The notes beneath the pieces were generated by a model that made no database searches, was not told where the DNA came from, and saw nothing but the letters and a program-made list of their open reading frames with translations. A stretch of 50,045 nt of DNA from Burkholderiaceae bacterium. GTDB lineage: Bacteria; Pseudomonadota; Gammaproteobacteria; Burkholderiales; Burkholderiaceae_B. A program made the translations under genes and the position numbers. The stretch covers positions 1 to 50,045 of the forward strand of contig JBILJA010000001.1 in the NCBI GenBank assembly GCA_044368775.1, written 5' to 3'. Positions within the stretch are counted from its first letter, which is position 1. Each line of letters opens with the position of its first letter. Shown one piece after another: positions 10,119 through 19,901 of this stretch.

Positions 10119-12104
10119 TCAAACCGAAGACGCGTTGTGACGTTCATAAAAAGCGACGGCCTCTTGAACGTCGCGTGTTCTCGCAAAGGGCGGTAAACCT
10201 CGCCAAAGTTGCTTGCCATAAGGCTTGTCCACAAGTCGGGTGTCGCCCACCATCAACACACCCCAATCCGTTTCCGTACGAATGAGGCGACCGGCGCCTT
10301 GCTTGAGTGCAATGGCGGCCTCAGGGAGCTGATATTCCATAAAAGGATTGCCGCCGCGGCTGCGGCAAGCCTTTAGGCGCGCCTCGAGCACGGGGTCATC
10401 GGGCGGCGCGAAGGGGAGTTTGTCAATCGCAACCAAGGTTAAGCGATCACCCGCGACATCAATCCCTTCCCAAAAACTGGCACTACCCACTAGGACGGCA
10501 TGATCAAGGGTTCGGAAACGCTCCAGTAAATCCCGGCGCGTCCCATTGCCCTGACGCATGATCGGCCAAGTCAATCCCAACTGATCGTAAGCATCGGCCA
10601 ACAGTCCAGCCACCCTCTCGACGGCACGCAGGGTGGTACATAAAACCAGCGCACCGCCCTGGCTCGCCTGAATAAGCGGCATGAGCGTCTCAACAAAAGC
10701 CGGCAAAAAATCAGGAGACTGGGGCGCTGGAAGGGTCTTGGGCACGAACAAAAGAGCCTGGTTGGCATAGTCGAACGGCGACTCCATACGCAAGGTCTCA
10801 GCCTGTTCAAGTCCTAAGCGTGACGTAAAGTGAGAGAAGTCTCCGTGCACAGATAAGGTTGCAGAGGTAAACACCCATGCTTGCCCACCCTGTCTGTAAC
10901 GTGAAAAAGCCTCGGCAACCGACAAAGGTGCGGCGTGCAAACGGACATGATGCAAGCCTAACTCGACCCACCGCACAACCTGCTGATGATCTTCGATTGG
11001 CATGCGGCTAGAACGCGTCGGCTTGCCCCATTGTGATAAACGTTCTGCGAGCTCATGGGCACTGCGGGCGGCAGCGGCCAAATCTGGGTGCTTTTCCTCA
11101 ACACTGGATAACAAGGCTGCGATCTCATCAAGCGCTGTTTGCAACACCTCGCGAGCCGCATCAAAACCCTCGGGCGTTGGAAACGCCTCGAACGTCACAC
11201 GGCGCGATGGTAGCTTTTCGAGAGCCGCGCAACTCAGCCTAAGTTCCTTGGTCGCGTGCTCAATACGACGCGCCTGCTCAGACCAATTGGTGAGCTCACG
11301 CGCGTGCGCCAAACCTGCGATTTCGACTAACTTGGCTAGATCCAGTAACTGATGCGTGGAGACACTTGTCCCGAGAAAGCGCGTTGCCGTATCGGGTAGC
11401 TGATGCGCCTCATCAAAAATGACCGTATCTGCTGCTGGTAGCAAATCCGTAATGCCCTCGTCACGCAACATCAAGTCCGCCATGAAAAGAGCGTGATTGA
11501 TGACGACGACATCGGCTTCTTGAGCTTGACGACGCGCCTTTAATACAAAACAGTCCCGTACGTTGGGGCAGTCCTGACCGAGACAATTTTCGCGCGTGGA
11601 GGTGACGCGCTGCCAGATCTCTGCGTCTTCGGGAACGGACGGCAGATCAGAGCGATCACCGGTATTGCTTTGCTGAGAAAATGTTTGAATATGTCGTAAC
11701 TGTTGGACCTCCGCCCGCGAATGCAGCGCGCGATCCTCACCTTGCAAGCGCTCAAGGTGGTAGTGACAAACATAATTGCCGCGTCCTTTTAACAAGGCGA
11801 TCGATGCCGGCAGGCTCAAGGCCTCACGTACCCTGGGCAGGTCGCGTGAGAACAGCTGATCTTGGAGCGTGCGAGTCCCGGTCGAGACCAATACCTTTCC
11901 GCCCCCAAGCAAGGCGGGGACTAAATACGCCCATGTCTTACCTGTACCGGTACCGGCTTCAGCAACCAAGGTTGAGCGCTCGGCAATCGTGCGCTCGACA
12001 GCCTGAGCCAGCTCGATCTGGGACGGCCGAACACGAAAGCCAGGTGACATCGCGGCCAGGGGACCATCAAGGGAAAAAAGCTCGGAAATCGTAGGTTCGT
12101 GCAT
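10119..12104 (-). CDS. ATP-dependent DNA helicase, DinG/YoaA family
   Basis: EAGTGTGKT, Fe-S cysteines, DEAH box, SFWEGIDV and [11 protein letters not shown] at 12104 preferred; ORF is open to 12155. Confidence 0.92.
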   Translation of the reverse strand: MHEPTISELFSLDGPLAAMSPGFRVRPSQIELAQAVERTIAERSTLVAEAGTGTGKTWAYLVPALLGGGKVLVSTGTRTLQDQLFSRDLPRVREALSLPASIALLKGRGNYVCHYHLERLQGEDRALHSRAEVQQLRHIQTFSQQSNTGDRSDLPSVPEDAEIWQRVTSTRENCLGQDCPNVRDCFVLKARRQAQEADVVVINHALFMADLMLRDEGITDLLPAADTVIFDEAHQLPDTATRFLGTSVSTHQLLDLAKLVEIAGLAHARELTNWSEQARRIEHATKELRLSCAALEKLPSRRVTFEAFPTPEGFDAAREVLQTALDEIAALLSSVEEKHPDLAAAARSAHELAERLSQWGKPTRSSRMPIEDHQQVVRWVELGLHHVRLHAAPLSVAEAFSRYRQGGQAWVFTSATLSVHGDFSHFTSRLGLEQAETLRMESPFDYANQALLFVPKTLPAPQSPDFLPAFVETLMPLIQASQGGALVLCTTLRAVERVAGLLADAYDQLGLTWPIMRQGNGTRRDLLERFRTLDHAVLVGSASFWEGIDVAGDRLTLVAIDKLPFAPPDDPVLEARLKACRSRGGNPFMEYQLPEAAIALKQGAGRLIRTETDWGVLMVGDTRLVDKPYGKQLWRGLPPFARTRDVQEAVAFYERHNASSV

Positions 12105-12210
12105 AGAGGACACCAAAGGGCAAGCCGGATCATACCCCGTTGAAACAGGGCTCATTCCTGTCTTGTGGCAAAATCGTCCGTTTGCCGCTATCTATAAAGT
12201 TCTGGAAACA

Positions 12211-14628
12211 ATGAGCGATTCAAGTACAACACCGTCCCCTACCTTTGCCGCGCCTGTGACTGCCGCGCAAGCCGAGCTGCGCATCACCGCCCAACTCGCC
12301 CAAGAACTAGGCATCAAGCCCCAGCAGGTCACGGCCGTCATCGAGTTGCTCAAAGATGGCGCAACCGTTCCTTTCATCGCGCGTTACCGCAAGGAAGCCA
12401 CGGGGGGGCTCGACGATACCGTGCTGCGCAACCTAGACACTCGCTTGCTGTACCTACGTGACCTAGAGGAGCGTCGGGCGGCGATTTTGGCGTCGATCGC
12501 CGAACAGCAAAAACTCACCCCCGAACTTGAGAAATCCATCCAACAAGCCGACACTAAACAGCGGCTCGAAGATCTGTACACCCCTTTCAAAGTCAAGCGT
12601 CGAACGCGCGCGCAGATAGCCCGCGAGGCTGGCTTAGAACCCCTCGCCGATGCCATTCTTGCCGATCTAAGTTGCGACCCGACCGCCCTTGCTACACAAT
12701 ATATAAATCCGGATGCAAATATTACGGAAGCCAAGGCAGCATTGGATGGGGCGCGAGATATTCTCGCAGAGCGTTACGCTGAAAATGCGGATCTGCTAGC
12801 AGACATGCGGACTCACCTGTGGTCTCAAGGCTACCTCTATTCCAAGGTCTCAGAAGGTAAAGAAGCCGAGGGCGCGAATTTCCGCGACTGGTTCGAATTT
12901 TGCGAACCCTTACGCACACTACCTTCGCATCGCGTGCTCGCCATGCTCCGTGGGCGCCAACAAGGGATCCTTGAGCTACGGATCGGCCTTGAGGCGACCC
13001 AAGACATCTTGGTCCCGCACCCTTGTGTCGAGCGCGTTGCTCAATTCCTGAAGCTGGGTCGCGATCTGTTTGATGCGACGCCCTCGCCTCGTGCTAAATG
13101 GCTGGCAGATGTCGCGCGTTGGACCTGGCGCGTCAAGTTGTTGACGATGTTCGAGACAGAAATGATTACCCGACTACGCGAAAGCGCCGAGACCGAAGCT
13201 ATTCGTGTGTTTGCAGCTAACCTCAAAGATCTCTTGCTTGCGGCACCCGCGGGGCCTAAAGCGGTGCTAGGCCTTGACCCAGGCATTCGAACCGGCGTGA
13301 AGGTTGCCGCGATCGATCACACCGGCAAACTGATTGAGACGGCAACGGTCTACCCCTTTGAACCACGGCGTGACCGCGCAGGGTCCCTAGCAACACTGGC
13401 TGCGCTTGCACGCCGCCATCACATTGAGCTGGTGGCCATCGGCAACGGCACGGCCTCGCGTGAAACAGAAAAACTGGTGGTGGACCTCATGTCCGAACAC
13501 CCTGATCTCAAACTCACACGCGTGGTCGTCTCGGAAGCAGGCGCTTCGGTCTATTCCGCTTCAGAGCTTGCTGCGCTTGAGTTTCCAGATCTCGATGTCA
13601 GTCTGCGCGGTGCGGCCTCGATCGCTCGGCGTCTACAAGATCCTCTGGCCGAACTCGTCAAAATCGAACCCAAGGCCATTGGCGTTGGTCAATATCAACA
13701 CGACCTCAACCAGCGCGAACTGGCACGCTCGCTAGATGCCGTGGTCGAGGACTGCGTCAATGCCGTGGGTGTCGATGTCAATACTGCGTCGGCGGCTCTG
13801 CTCACACGCGTTTCTGGCCTAAACAGTACGCTAGCTAAAAACATTGTGGCGTACCGTGATGAAAAAGGTGCCTTCCCTAACCGTGTCGCACTCAAAGAAG
13901 TTTCGCGCTTTGGGGAAAAAGCCTTTGAACAAGCCGCAGGCTTTCTGCGTATTCCCAATGGCAATAACCCTCTTGATGCTTCATCGGTTCACCCCGAAGC
14001 CTACCCTGTCGTGGAACGTATCCTCAAGAAAATTTCCGCCGACATGAAGGAAGTGATTGGCAATCGGGACAAACTCAAAGGTCTTTCACCCTCTGAATTT
14101 ACCGACGAGCGCTTTGGTGTTCCAACGGTTCGAGATATTTTGGGAGAACTTGAAAAACCCGGCCGTGACCCACGCCCAGAGTTCAAAACTGCCACGTTTA
14201 AAGAAGGGGTCGAAACACTGAACGACCTTCTGCCCGGCATGATTCTCGAAGGTGTGGTCACCAACGTCGCCAACTTTGGCGCCTTTGTCGATATCGGCGT
14301 GCATCAAGATGGTCTGGTGCATATCTCTGCTCTTGCTGAAAAATTCGTCTCTGATCCGCGCGATGTTGTGCGCGTCGGACAAACTGTCAAAGTACGAGTT
14401 CAAGAAGTCGATGTACCACGCAAACGTATCGCGCTTACCATGCGTTTAAATGACGAGGCGCCGCCTGCTCGCTCACTGGGGGCCGCTGCAAGCGGTAGTG
14501 GTCAGACCTCTGGAAAAAATCGCCCGGGTGGTTCTGGGAGCTTGGGAGGCGCCAAGCCAAACCGTGGCAATACGCCCGAACCCACTGGGGGCGCTATGGC
14601 AGCCGCATTCGCGAAACTTAAACGCTAA
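12211..14628 (+). CDS. tex: Tex family RNA-binding transcription accessory protein
   Basis: [11 protein letters not shown], YqgF-like [18 protein letters not shown], HhH repeats and C-terminal S1 ([18 protein letters not shown]). Confidence 0.95.
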   Translation: MSDSSTTPSPTFAAPVTAAQAELRITAQLAQELGIKPQQVTAVIELLKDGATVPFIARYRKEATGGLDDTVLRNLDTRLLYLRDLEERRAAILASIAEQQKLTPELEKSIQQADTKQRLEDLYTPFKVKRRTRAQIAREAGLEPLADAILADLSCDPTALATQYINPDANITEAKAALDGARDILAERYAENADLLADMRTHLWSQGYLYSKVSEGKEAEGANFRDWFEFCEPLRTLPSHRVLAMLRGRQQGILELRIGLEATQDILVPHPCVERVAQFLKLGRDLFDATPSPRAKWLADVARWTWRVKLLTMFETEMITRLRESAETEAIRVFAANLKDLLLAAPAGPKAVLGLDPGIRTGVKVAAIDHTGKLIETATVYPFEPRRDRAGSLATLAALARRHHIELVAIGNGTASRETEKLVVDLMSEHPDLKLTRVVVSEAGASVYSASELAALEFPDLDVSLRGAASIARRLQDPLAELVKIEPKAIGVGQYQHDLNQRELARSLDAVVEDCVNAVGVDVNTASAALLTRVSGLNSTLAKNIVAYRDEKGAFPNRVALKEVSRFGEKAFEQAAGFLRIPNGNNPLDASSVHPEAYPVVERILKKISADMKEVIGNRDKLKGLSPSEFTDERFGVPTVRDILGELEKPGRDPRPEFKTATFKEGVETLNDLLPGMILEGVVTNVANFGAFVDIGVHQDGLVHISALAEKFVSDPRDVVRVGQTVKVRVQEVDVPRKRIALTMRLNDEAPPARSLGAAASGSGQTSGKNRPGGSGSLGGAKPNRGNTPEPTGGAMAAAFAKLKR

Positions 14629-14643
14629 GGGGCAATACAAACG

Positions 14644-14676
14644 CTCAAGCCACTCAAGCGCTCATACACTCAAGCG
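14644..14676. repeat. Short direct repeat, CTCAAGC x3, between tex and trpS
   Basis: CTCAAGC at 14644, 14653 and 14669. Confidence 0.5.
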
Positions 14677-14688
14677 CAAAATCTGCGT

Positions 14689-16047
14689 TCACTCAGCGGG
14701 ACGCAAGCTCGCACGTAGCGCCTCAATGCGTTCAGCCCGCTGAGCACTTGAGGTGCTCTTCAAACCAGCGGCCACAACAACTCCCTCTAGTGCCAAGCTA
14801 AAGTCCAATTCGCCTTGGAGTGTCAGCATGGTATCGAGATCGCCGCTTTGCAGCGCACGCATAGCAGCGCCCGCCATCTTAGGATCTGCAAAAGCCACCG
14901 AGGAAAAAAGCTCCGCTCCTTCCAAACCGAGGAAGCGAAAGCGAAATTGTCCCGCCTCATCACGGAAACTCACAAAGCGGGCACCTTTACCGCCCGCTTT
15001 GGATTCTTTGGTCGACCGAGGTCCTGTCTGTGTCGCGAGGGTACGCAAGCCGACCGCCTGTCTTAACTCTTGAATAAAGGGGGTCGCAATCGCACGCGCT
15101 TTACGAGCACCCTCTTGCAGGATTTCTTCGATGCGATGGGGGTTGGACATCAAAGATTCGTATTGATCACGCATCGGTTCAAGCTCTCTCTCGATTCGCT
15201 CACACAAGGTCTGTTTAGCATCACCCCAGCCCATTCCAGTCGCGAGTGCCTGACGAAATGCAGCAGTCTCAGACTGCTGAGCAAAGGCCTTGTAGATCAG
15301 ATAAAGATGCGAAGCGTCTGCATCCTTGGGTTCACCGGGCCCGCGTGAGTCTGTGACGATCTTGGCAACGGCTGACTTGAGTGCCCGTGCGCCTCCTTCA
15401 AACAACGGGACTGTATTGTTGTAACTCTTGGACATTTTGCGGCCATCCAAACCTGGCAAGGTCGCCACATCTTCGGCAATCACGGCCTCAGGAAGCACGA
15501 AAAAGTCTTTACCTTGCCCATACAAATGATTGAATCTCTGGGCAATGTCACGTGCCATCTCAAGATGCTGAGTCTGATCACGACCCACGGGTACTTTGTG
15601 TGCGTTAAACATCAAAATATCGGCCGCCATCAGAATGGGATAAGAGAACAACCCCATATTGATTCCATCGTCAGGGTCGACGCTCTTGGCAATATTCTGG
15701 TCGACCGAGGCTTTGTAGGCATGCGCCCGATTCATCAAGCCCTTTGCTGTGACGCATGTCAGCATCCAGCACAATTCAGGGATTTCAGGCACATCGGACT
15801 GTCGATAAAAAGTCACGCGTTCTGGATCAAGTCCGCAGGCTAACCACGTTGCAGCAATCTCCAAGCGCGAACGCGCGATACGGTCCGCATCCTCGCACTT
15901 AATCAATGCGTGATAATCCGCCAAGAAGAAAAAAGCATCGACATTTTTTTCAAGACTCGCTTGAATCGCGGGACGAATCGCACCAACATAATTGCCCAGA
16001 TGCGGAGAGCCCGACGTCGTAATGCCGGTGAGAACACGCGTATTCAT
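14689..16047 (-). CDS. trpS: Tryptophan--tRNA ligase with C-terminal extension
   Basis: HIGH-like [20 protein letters not shown] and KMSKS. ATG at 16047 lies just after the zapE stop; the longer ORF would overlap zapE. Confidence 0.95.
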   Translation of the reverse strand: MNTRVLTGITTSGSPHLGNYVGAIRPAIQASLEKNVDAFFFLADYHALIKCEDADRIARSRLEIAATWLACGLDPERVTFYRQSDVPEIPELCWMLTCVTAKGLMNRAHAYKASVDQNIAKSVDPDDGINMGLFSYPILMAADILMFNAHKVPVGRDQTQHLEMARDIAQRFNHLYGQGKDFFVLPEAVIAEDVATLPGLDGRKMSKSYNNTVPLFEGGARALKSAVAKIVTDSRGPGEPKDADASHLYLIYKAFAQQSETAAFRQALATGMGWGDAKQTLCERIERELEPMRDQYESLMSNPHRIEEILQEGARKARAIATPFIQELRQAVGLRTLATQTGPRSTKESKAGGKGARFVSFRDEAGQFRFRFLGLEGAELFSSVAFADPKMAGAAMRALQSGDLDTMLTLQGELDFSLALEGVVVAAGLKSTSSAQRAERIEALRASLRPAE

Positions 16048-16057
16048 GATGTTGACC

Positions 16058-17149
16058 TTAGAGACTGACGGTGTCGCGCTGTTCGGAATCCAGATACTCT
16101 TTGGACTGCATCTCAAGGATGCGCGAAACAGTGCGATGAAACTCGTTAGACATGAGACCAGAGGTGTAGATTTCCTCTGGCTCACACTCAGACGACATGA
16201 TCAACTTGACCTTGTGGTCATAAAAAACATCGATCAGCCAAGTGAATCTCCTGGCCTCAGAGGCATGTTTCGCACCCATTTTAGGGACGCCCGAGAGAAT
16301 CACTGCGTGAAATCGGCTGGCGATCTCAAGATAATCATTTTGCGACCGCGGCCCACCACACAAGGTCGCGAAATCAAACCAGACCACACTGCCCGCACGT
16401 TTTTTAGCCGTAATCTCGCGATGCTCGATGAGTAGCACCGGATCCTGCGGGGGCGTATCAGACAGCTGAGCAAAGGCCTCTTGTAAAGCCTGATCAGCCT
16501 GCACACCAAGAGGTGTGTGATAGCACTTGACCTGCTCGAGTGTCCGGCGGCGGTAGTCTATCCCTGCATCCACGTTCAAAATATCCATGCGGTCTTTGAG
16601 CAAAGCAATCGCAGGCAAAATGCGATCGCGATGCAAACCATCAGGATAGAGCAAGGAAGGTTCGTAGTTCGACGTCATGACAAAAGACGTGCCATGCTCA
16701 AAAAACTTGAGTAATAGCCGATACAAAATCATGGCATCGGCTACATCTGAAACATGAAACTCGTCGAAGCAAATGAGGCGATAGCGCTTGGAGATGCGCT
16801 TGGCCACCTCATCGAGCGGATCCTGCATGCCTTTGACTTCGTCAAGCTGGCGATGCACGCTGCGCATGAATTCATGGAAATGCAGACGGGTTTTACGCTG
16901 GACGGGAACCGTCGCATAAAACGCATCCATCAAAAAGCTTTTTCCACGACCGACGCCACCCCAAAGGTACACCCCTCTGGGCACCTCAGGACGTTTGAAC
17001 AGGCGTTTGACGGCACTGGAGCGATCGCTTTTAAACGCAATCCAGTCGTCAAAGTACTTTTGCAAACGCTCAATGGCGATGCGTTGAGCGGAGTCTGGCT
17101 GATAACCGCGTTCAGCCAAACTGCTCTCGTAATATTGAAGAACGTTCAA
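16058..17149 (-). CDS. zapE: AFG1/ZapE family ATPase
   Basis: [19 protein letters not shown] and EARRF; TTG start. Confidence 0.92.
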   Translation of the reverse strand: MNVLQYYESSLAERGYQPDSAQRIAIERLQKYFDDWIAFKSDRSSAVKRLFKRPEVPRGVYLWGGVGRGKSFLMDAFYATVPVQRKTRLHFHEFMRSVHRQLDEVKGMQDPLDEVAKRISKRYRLICFDEFHVSDVADAMILYRLLLKFFEHGTSFVMTSNYEPSLLYPDGLHRDRILPAIALLKDRMDILNVDAGIDYRRRTLEQVKCYHTPLGVQADQALQEAFAQLSDTPPQDPVLLIEHREITAKKRAGSVVWFDFATLCGGPRSQNDYLEIASRFHAVILSGVPKMGAKHASEARRFTWLIDVFYDHKVKLIMSSECEPEEIYTSGLMSNEFHRTVSRILEMQSKEYLDSEQRDTVSL

Positions 17150-17169
17150 GAGTGTTGCACGCGAGTGCC

Positions 17170-18600
17170 TCAGAAATTGAGAGTGCGCTTATCAACCGCC
17201 AACGCCGCTTCTTTCATGGACTCTGACAAAGTCGGATGCGCATGACAAATGCGGGCGATATCTTCGGCTGCGCCACGGAATTCCATGATGGTCACTGCTT
17301 CGGCGATGAGCTCGGAGGCCATCGGACCGATAATGTGCACGCCCAAAACCTCATCCGTCACTGCATCCGCCAAAATTTTGACGAAACCACTGGTATCACC
17401 TAACGCACGGGCACGACCATTGGCCAAGAAGGGGAAGCTGCCGGCTTTGTAAGCACGACCTGAAGCCTTGAGCTGTTGCTCGTTCTGACCCACCCAAGAA
17501 ATCTCTGGGGAGGTGTAGATGACCCAAGGAATCGTGTCAAAGTTAACGTGACCATGTTGTCCGCCGATACGCTCAGCAACTGCAACGCCCTCTTCTTCAG
17601 CTTTATGCGCCAACATGGGACCGCGCACCACATCACCCACCGCCCATACGTTAGACAAGTTCGTTTTGCAGTCAGCATCCACCACGACAAAACCACGCTC
17701 GTCGAGCTTGAGTCCCACTGCATCCGCATTCAGTCCACCAGTGTATGGCACACGACCGATTGAAACAATCAGCTTGTCCACGACCAGTTTCTGCTCAGCA
17801 CCCGAGGCATCCGTATAAGGAACCGTCACTTGCTTAGCCGTAGATTTGATCTCACCGAGTTTGACACCCATCTGAATGTTCAAGCCCTGCTTGGTAAAAA
17901 TCTTGTGGGCTTCTTTGGCGACTTGCGTGTCGACTGCGGCCAAAAACTCAGGCATTGCTTCGAGCACAGTGACTTCTGCACCCAGACGACGCCAGACGCT
18001 GCCCATTTCAAGGCCGATCACGCCAGCACCAATCACACCTAATTTCTTGGGTACGGCACCGATATTAAGCGCGCCGTCGTTGGACAAAATCTGCTGTTCG
18101 TCAAAAGGCAAGCCTGGCAACTCACGCGCAGAAGAACCCGTTGCGATCACAACATGTTTTCCGACAATATCAGCCTCTGTAGTACCCGTCACCTTGATCG
18201 CCCAACCACCATCGACTTGACCCGCAAAAGAGCCTTTGCCATGAAAGAAGGTGATCTTGTTCTTTTTGAACAGATACAGGATGCCGTCGTTATTTTGCTT
18301 AACGACGCTGTTTTTACGACCGATCATTTTGTCGAGTTTGAGCGATACGCCCTTGACCTCGATACCATGGTCAACCAAATGATGATTGACCTGGTCATAA
18401 TGTTCAGAAGACTGTAACAACGCCTTGGAGGGAATACACCCAACGTTCGTACACGTGCCACCCGGCGCAGGGCCGCCCTGGCCGTTTTGCCAAGCGTCGA
18501 TACACGCGACGGTCTTGCCTAACTGCGCCGCGCGGATCGCGGCGATATATCCACCCGGGCCCGCACCAATCACCACGACATCAAATTGAGTCAAAGACAT
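17170..18600 (-). CDS. lpdA: Dihydrolipoyl dehydrogenase (E3)
   Basis: GAGPGG, redox motif GGTCTNVGCIPSK and HPTLSE. Confidence 0.96.
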   Translation of the reverse strand: MSLTQFDVVVIGAGPGGYIAAIRAAQLGKTVACIDAWQNGQGGPAPGGTCTNVGCIPSKALLQSSEHYDQVNHHLVDHGIEVKGVSLKLDKMIGRKNSVVKQNNDGILYLFKKNKITFFHGKGSFAGQVDGGWAIKVTGTTEADIVGKHVVIATGSSARELPGLPFDEQQILSNDGALNIGAVPKKLGVIGAGVIGLEMGSVWRRLGAEVTVLEAMPEFLAAVDTQVAKEAHKIFTKQGLNIQMGVKLGEIKSTAKQVTVPYTDASGAEQKLVVDKLIVSIGRVPYTGGLNADAVGLKLDERGFVVVDADCKTNLSNVWAVGDVVRGPMLAHKAEEEGVAVAERIGGQHGHVNFDTIPWVIYTSPEISWVGQNEQQLKASGRAYKAGSFPFLANGRARALGDTSGFVKILADAVTDEVLGVHIIGPMASELIAEAVTIMEFRGAAEDIARICHAHPTLSESMKEAALAVDKRTLNF

Positions 18601-18612
18601 AGATTTTCCAGC

Positions 18613-19860
18613 TTAGATTTCGAGCAGCATGCGCTGCGGATCTTCGAGCGCCTCTTTCATGGCGACCAAGCCCAGAACCGCTTCGCGACCGTCGATAATA
18701 CGGTGATCGTAAGACATCGCGAGATAGTTGATTGGGCGAATCACGATCTGGCCTTTTTCAACCACAGCACGTTCTTTAGTCGCATGCACGCCCAAGATCG
18801 CGGCCTGAGGTGGGTTGATGATCGGTGTCGACAACATCGAACCAAACACGCCACCGTTAGAAATCGAGAAGGTACCGCCCGTCATCTCTTCGATGCCGAG
18901 CTTGCCTTCGGAAGCACGCTTGCCAAAGTCAGCGATCGTTTTTTCAATTTCAGCGATGGTGAGTTGATCGGCATTGCGCAGAATCGGCACCACCAAACCG
19001 CGTGGGCTACCCACAGCGATACCGATATCAAAGTAACCGTGATAGATGATGTCCTTACCATCGACCGAGGCGTTCAAAATCGGATAACGCTTGAGTGCAG
19101 CGACTGCGGCCTTGACAAAGAAAGACATGAAGCCGAGTTTGACGCCATGCTCTTTTTCGAACTTGTCTTTGTAGAGGTTGCGCAGATCAATCACACCTTG
19201 CATATTGACTTCGTTAAACGTCGTCAAGATGGCATTGTCTTGTTGCGACTGCAACAAACGCTCAGCCACACGCGCACGCAAACGGCTCATCGGCACGCGC
19301 TGCTCTGGACGACCGTCAAGTGACTGCGTCATTGGAACAGTGGGATTCGCTAATGCGACCTTCGGTGCTGCTGCAGGCGCGGTGGGGGCGGCAGAGGCTC
19401 CAAGCGCGTCACCCTTAGTGATGCGTCCATCGCGGCCCGTGCCAGCAACTGAAGCGGCAGAAACGCCCTTGTCAGCAAGAATCTTGGATGCGGCTGGCGA
19501 AGCAATGCCAGCCGCTGAGGCGGAGGCGGACGCGGACGCGACAGCGGCGACCGGTGCCGCTGCAGCGGGCGCTGAAGCTGGCGCAGACGCAGCGGCAGCA
19601 GGAGCGGCAGCGGCCTTGCCATCCGTATCGATACGCGCGAGGACCTCGCCCGAAGTCACCAAGCTGCCATCACCCTTGACGATTTCAGACAGGACACCGG
19701 AGGCAGGCGCAGGAACTTCGAGGACGACTTTGTCTGTTTCGACTTCGATCAGGATTTCGTCGGCCTGAACGGCTTCGCCGGGTTTCTTTTTCCACGTCAG
19801 AAGCGTGGCTTCGGACACTGACTCGGATAATTGTGGAACAACAACATCTGTGATTGCCAT
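18613..19860 (-). CDS. sucB: 2-oxoglutarate dehydrogenase E2 (dihydrolipoyl succinyltransferase)
   Basis: Lipoyl site ETDKV, Ala/Pro linker, E3-binding GTGRDGRITK and DHRIIDG. Confidence 0.96.
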   Translation of the reverse strand: MAITDVVVPQLSESVSEATLLTWKKKPGEAVQADEILIEVETDKVVLEVPAPASGVLSEIVKGDGSLVTSGEVLARIDTDGKAAAAPAAAASAPASAPAAAAPVAAVASASASASAAGIASPAASKILADKGVSAASVAGTGRDGRITKGDALGASAAPTAPAAAPKVALANPTVPMTQSLDGRPEQRVPMSRLRARVAERLLQSQQDNAILTTFNEVNMQGVIDLRNLYKDKFEKEHGVKLGFMSFFVKAAVAALKRYPILNASVDGKDIIYHGYFDIGIAVGSPRGLVVPILRNADQLTIAEIEKTIADFGKRASEGKLGIEEMTGGTFSISNGGVFGSMLSTPIINPPQAAILGVHATKERAVVEKGQIVIRPINYLAMSYDHRIIDGREAVLGLVAMKEALEDPQRMLLEI

Positions 19861-19901
19861 TATATTTTTTTCCGTAATGGGATGAATACGTTTCTCTGTG
19901 A

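Noticed and set aside
16048-16185. N-terminal extensions in the ORF track (trpS here; also maeB 22921, sdhB 28049, GT2 49900, tex 12163)
   Set aside because: They overlap neighbouring genes or promoter regions, and family similarity starts at downstream ATGs.
19480-19620. GC-rich low-complexity repeats in sucB
   Set aside because: Ordinary Ala/Pro/Ser linker of an E2 subunit.
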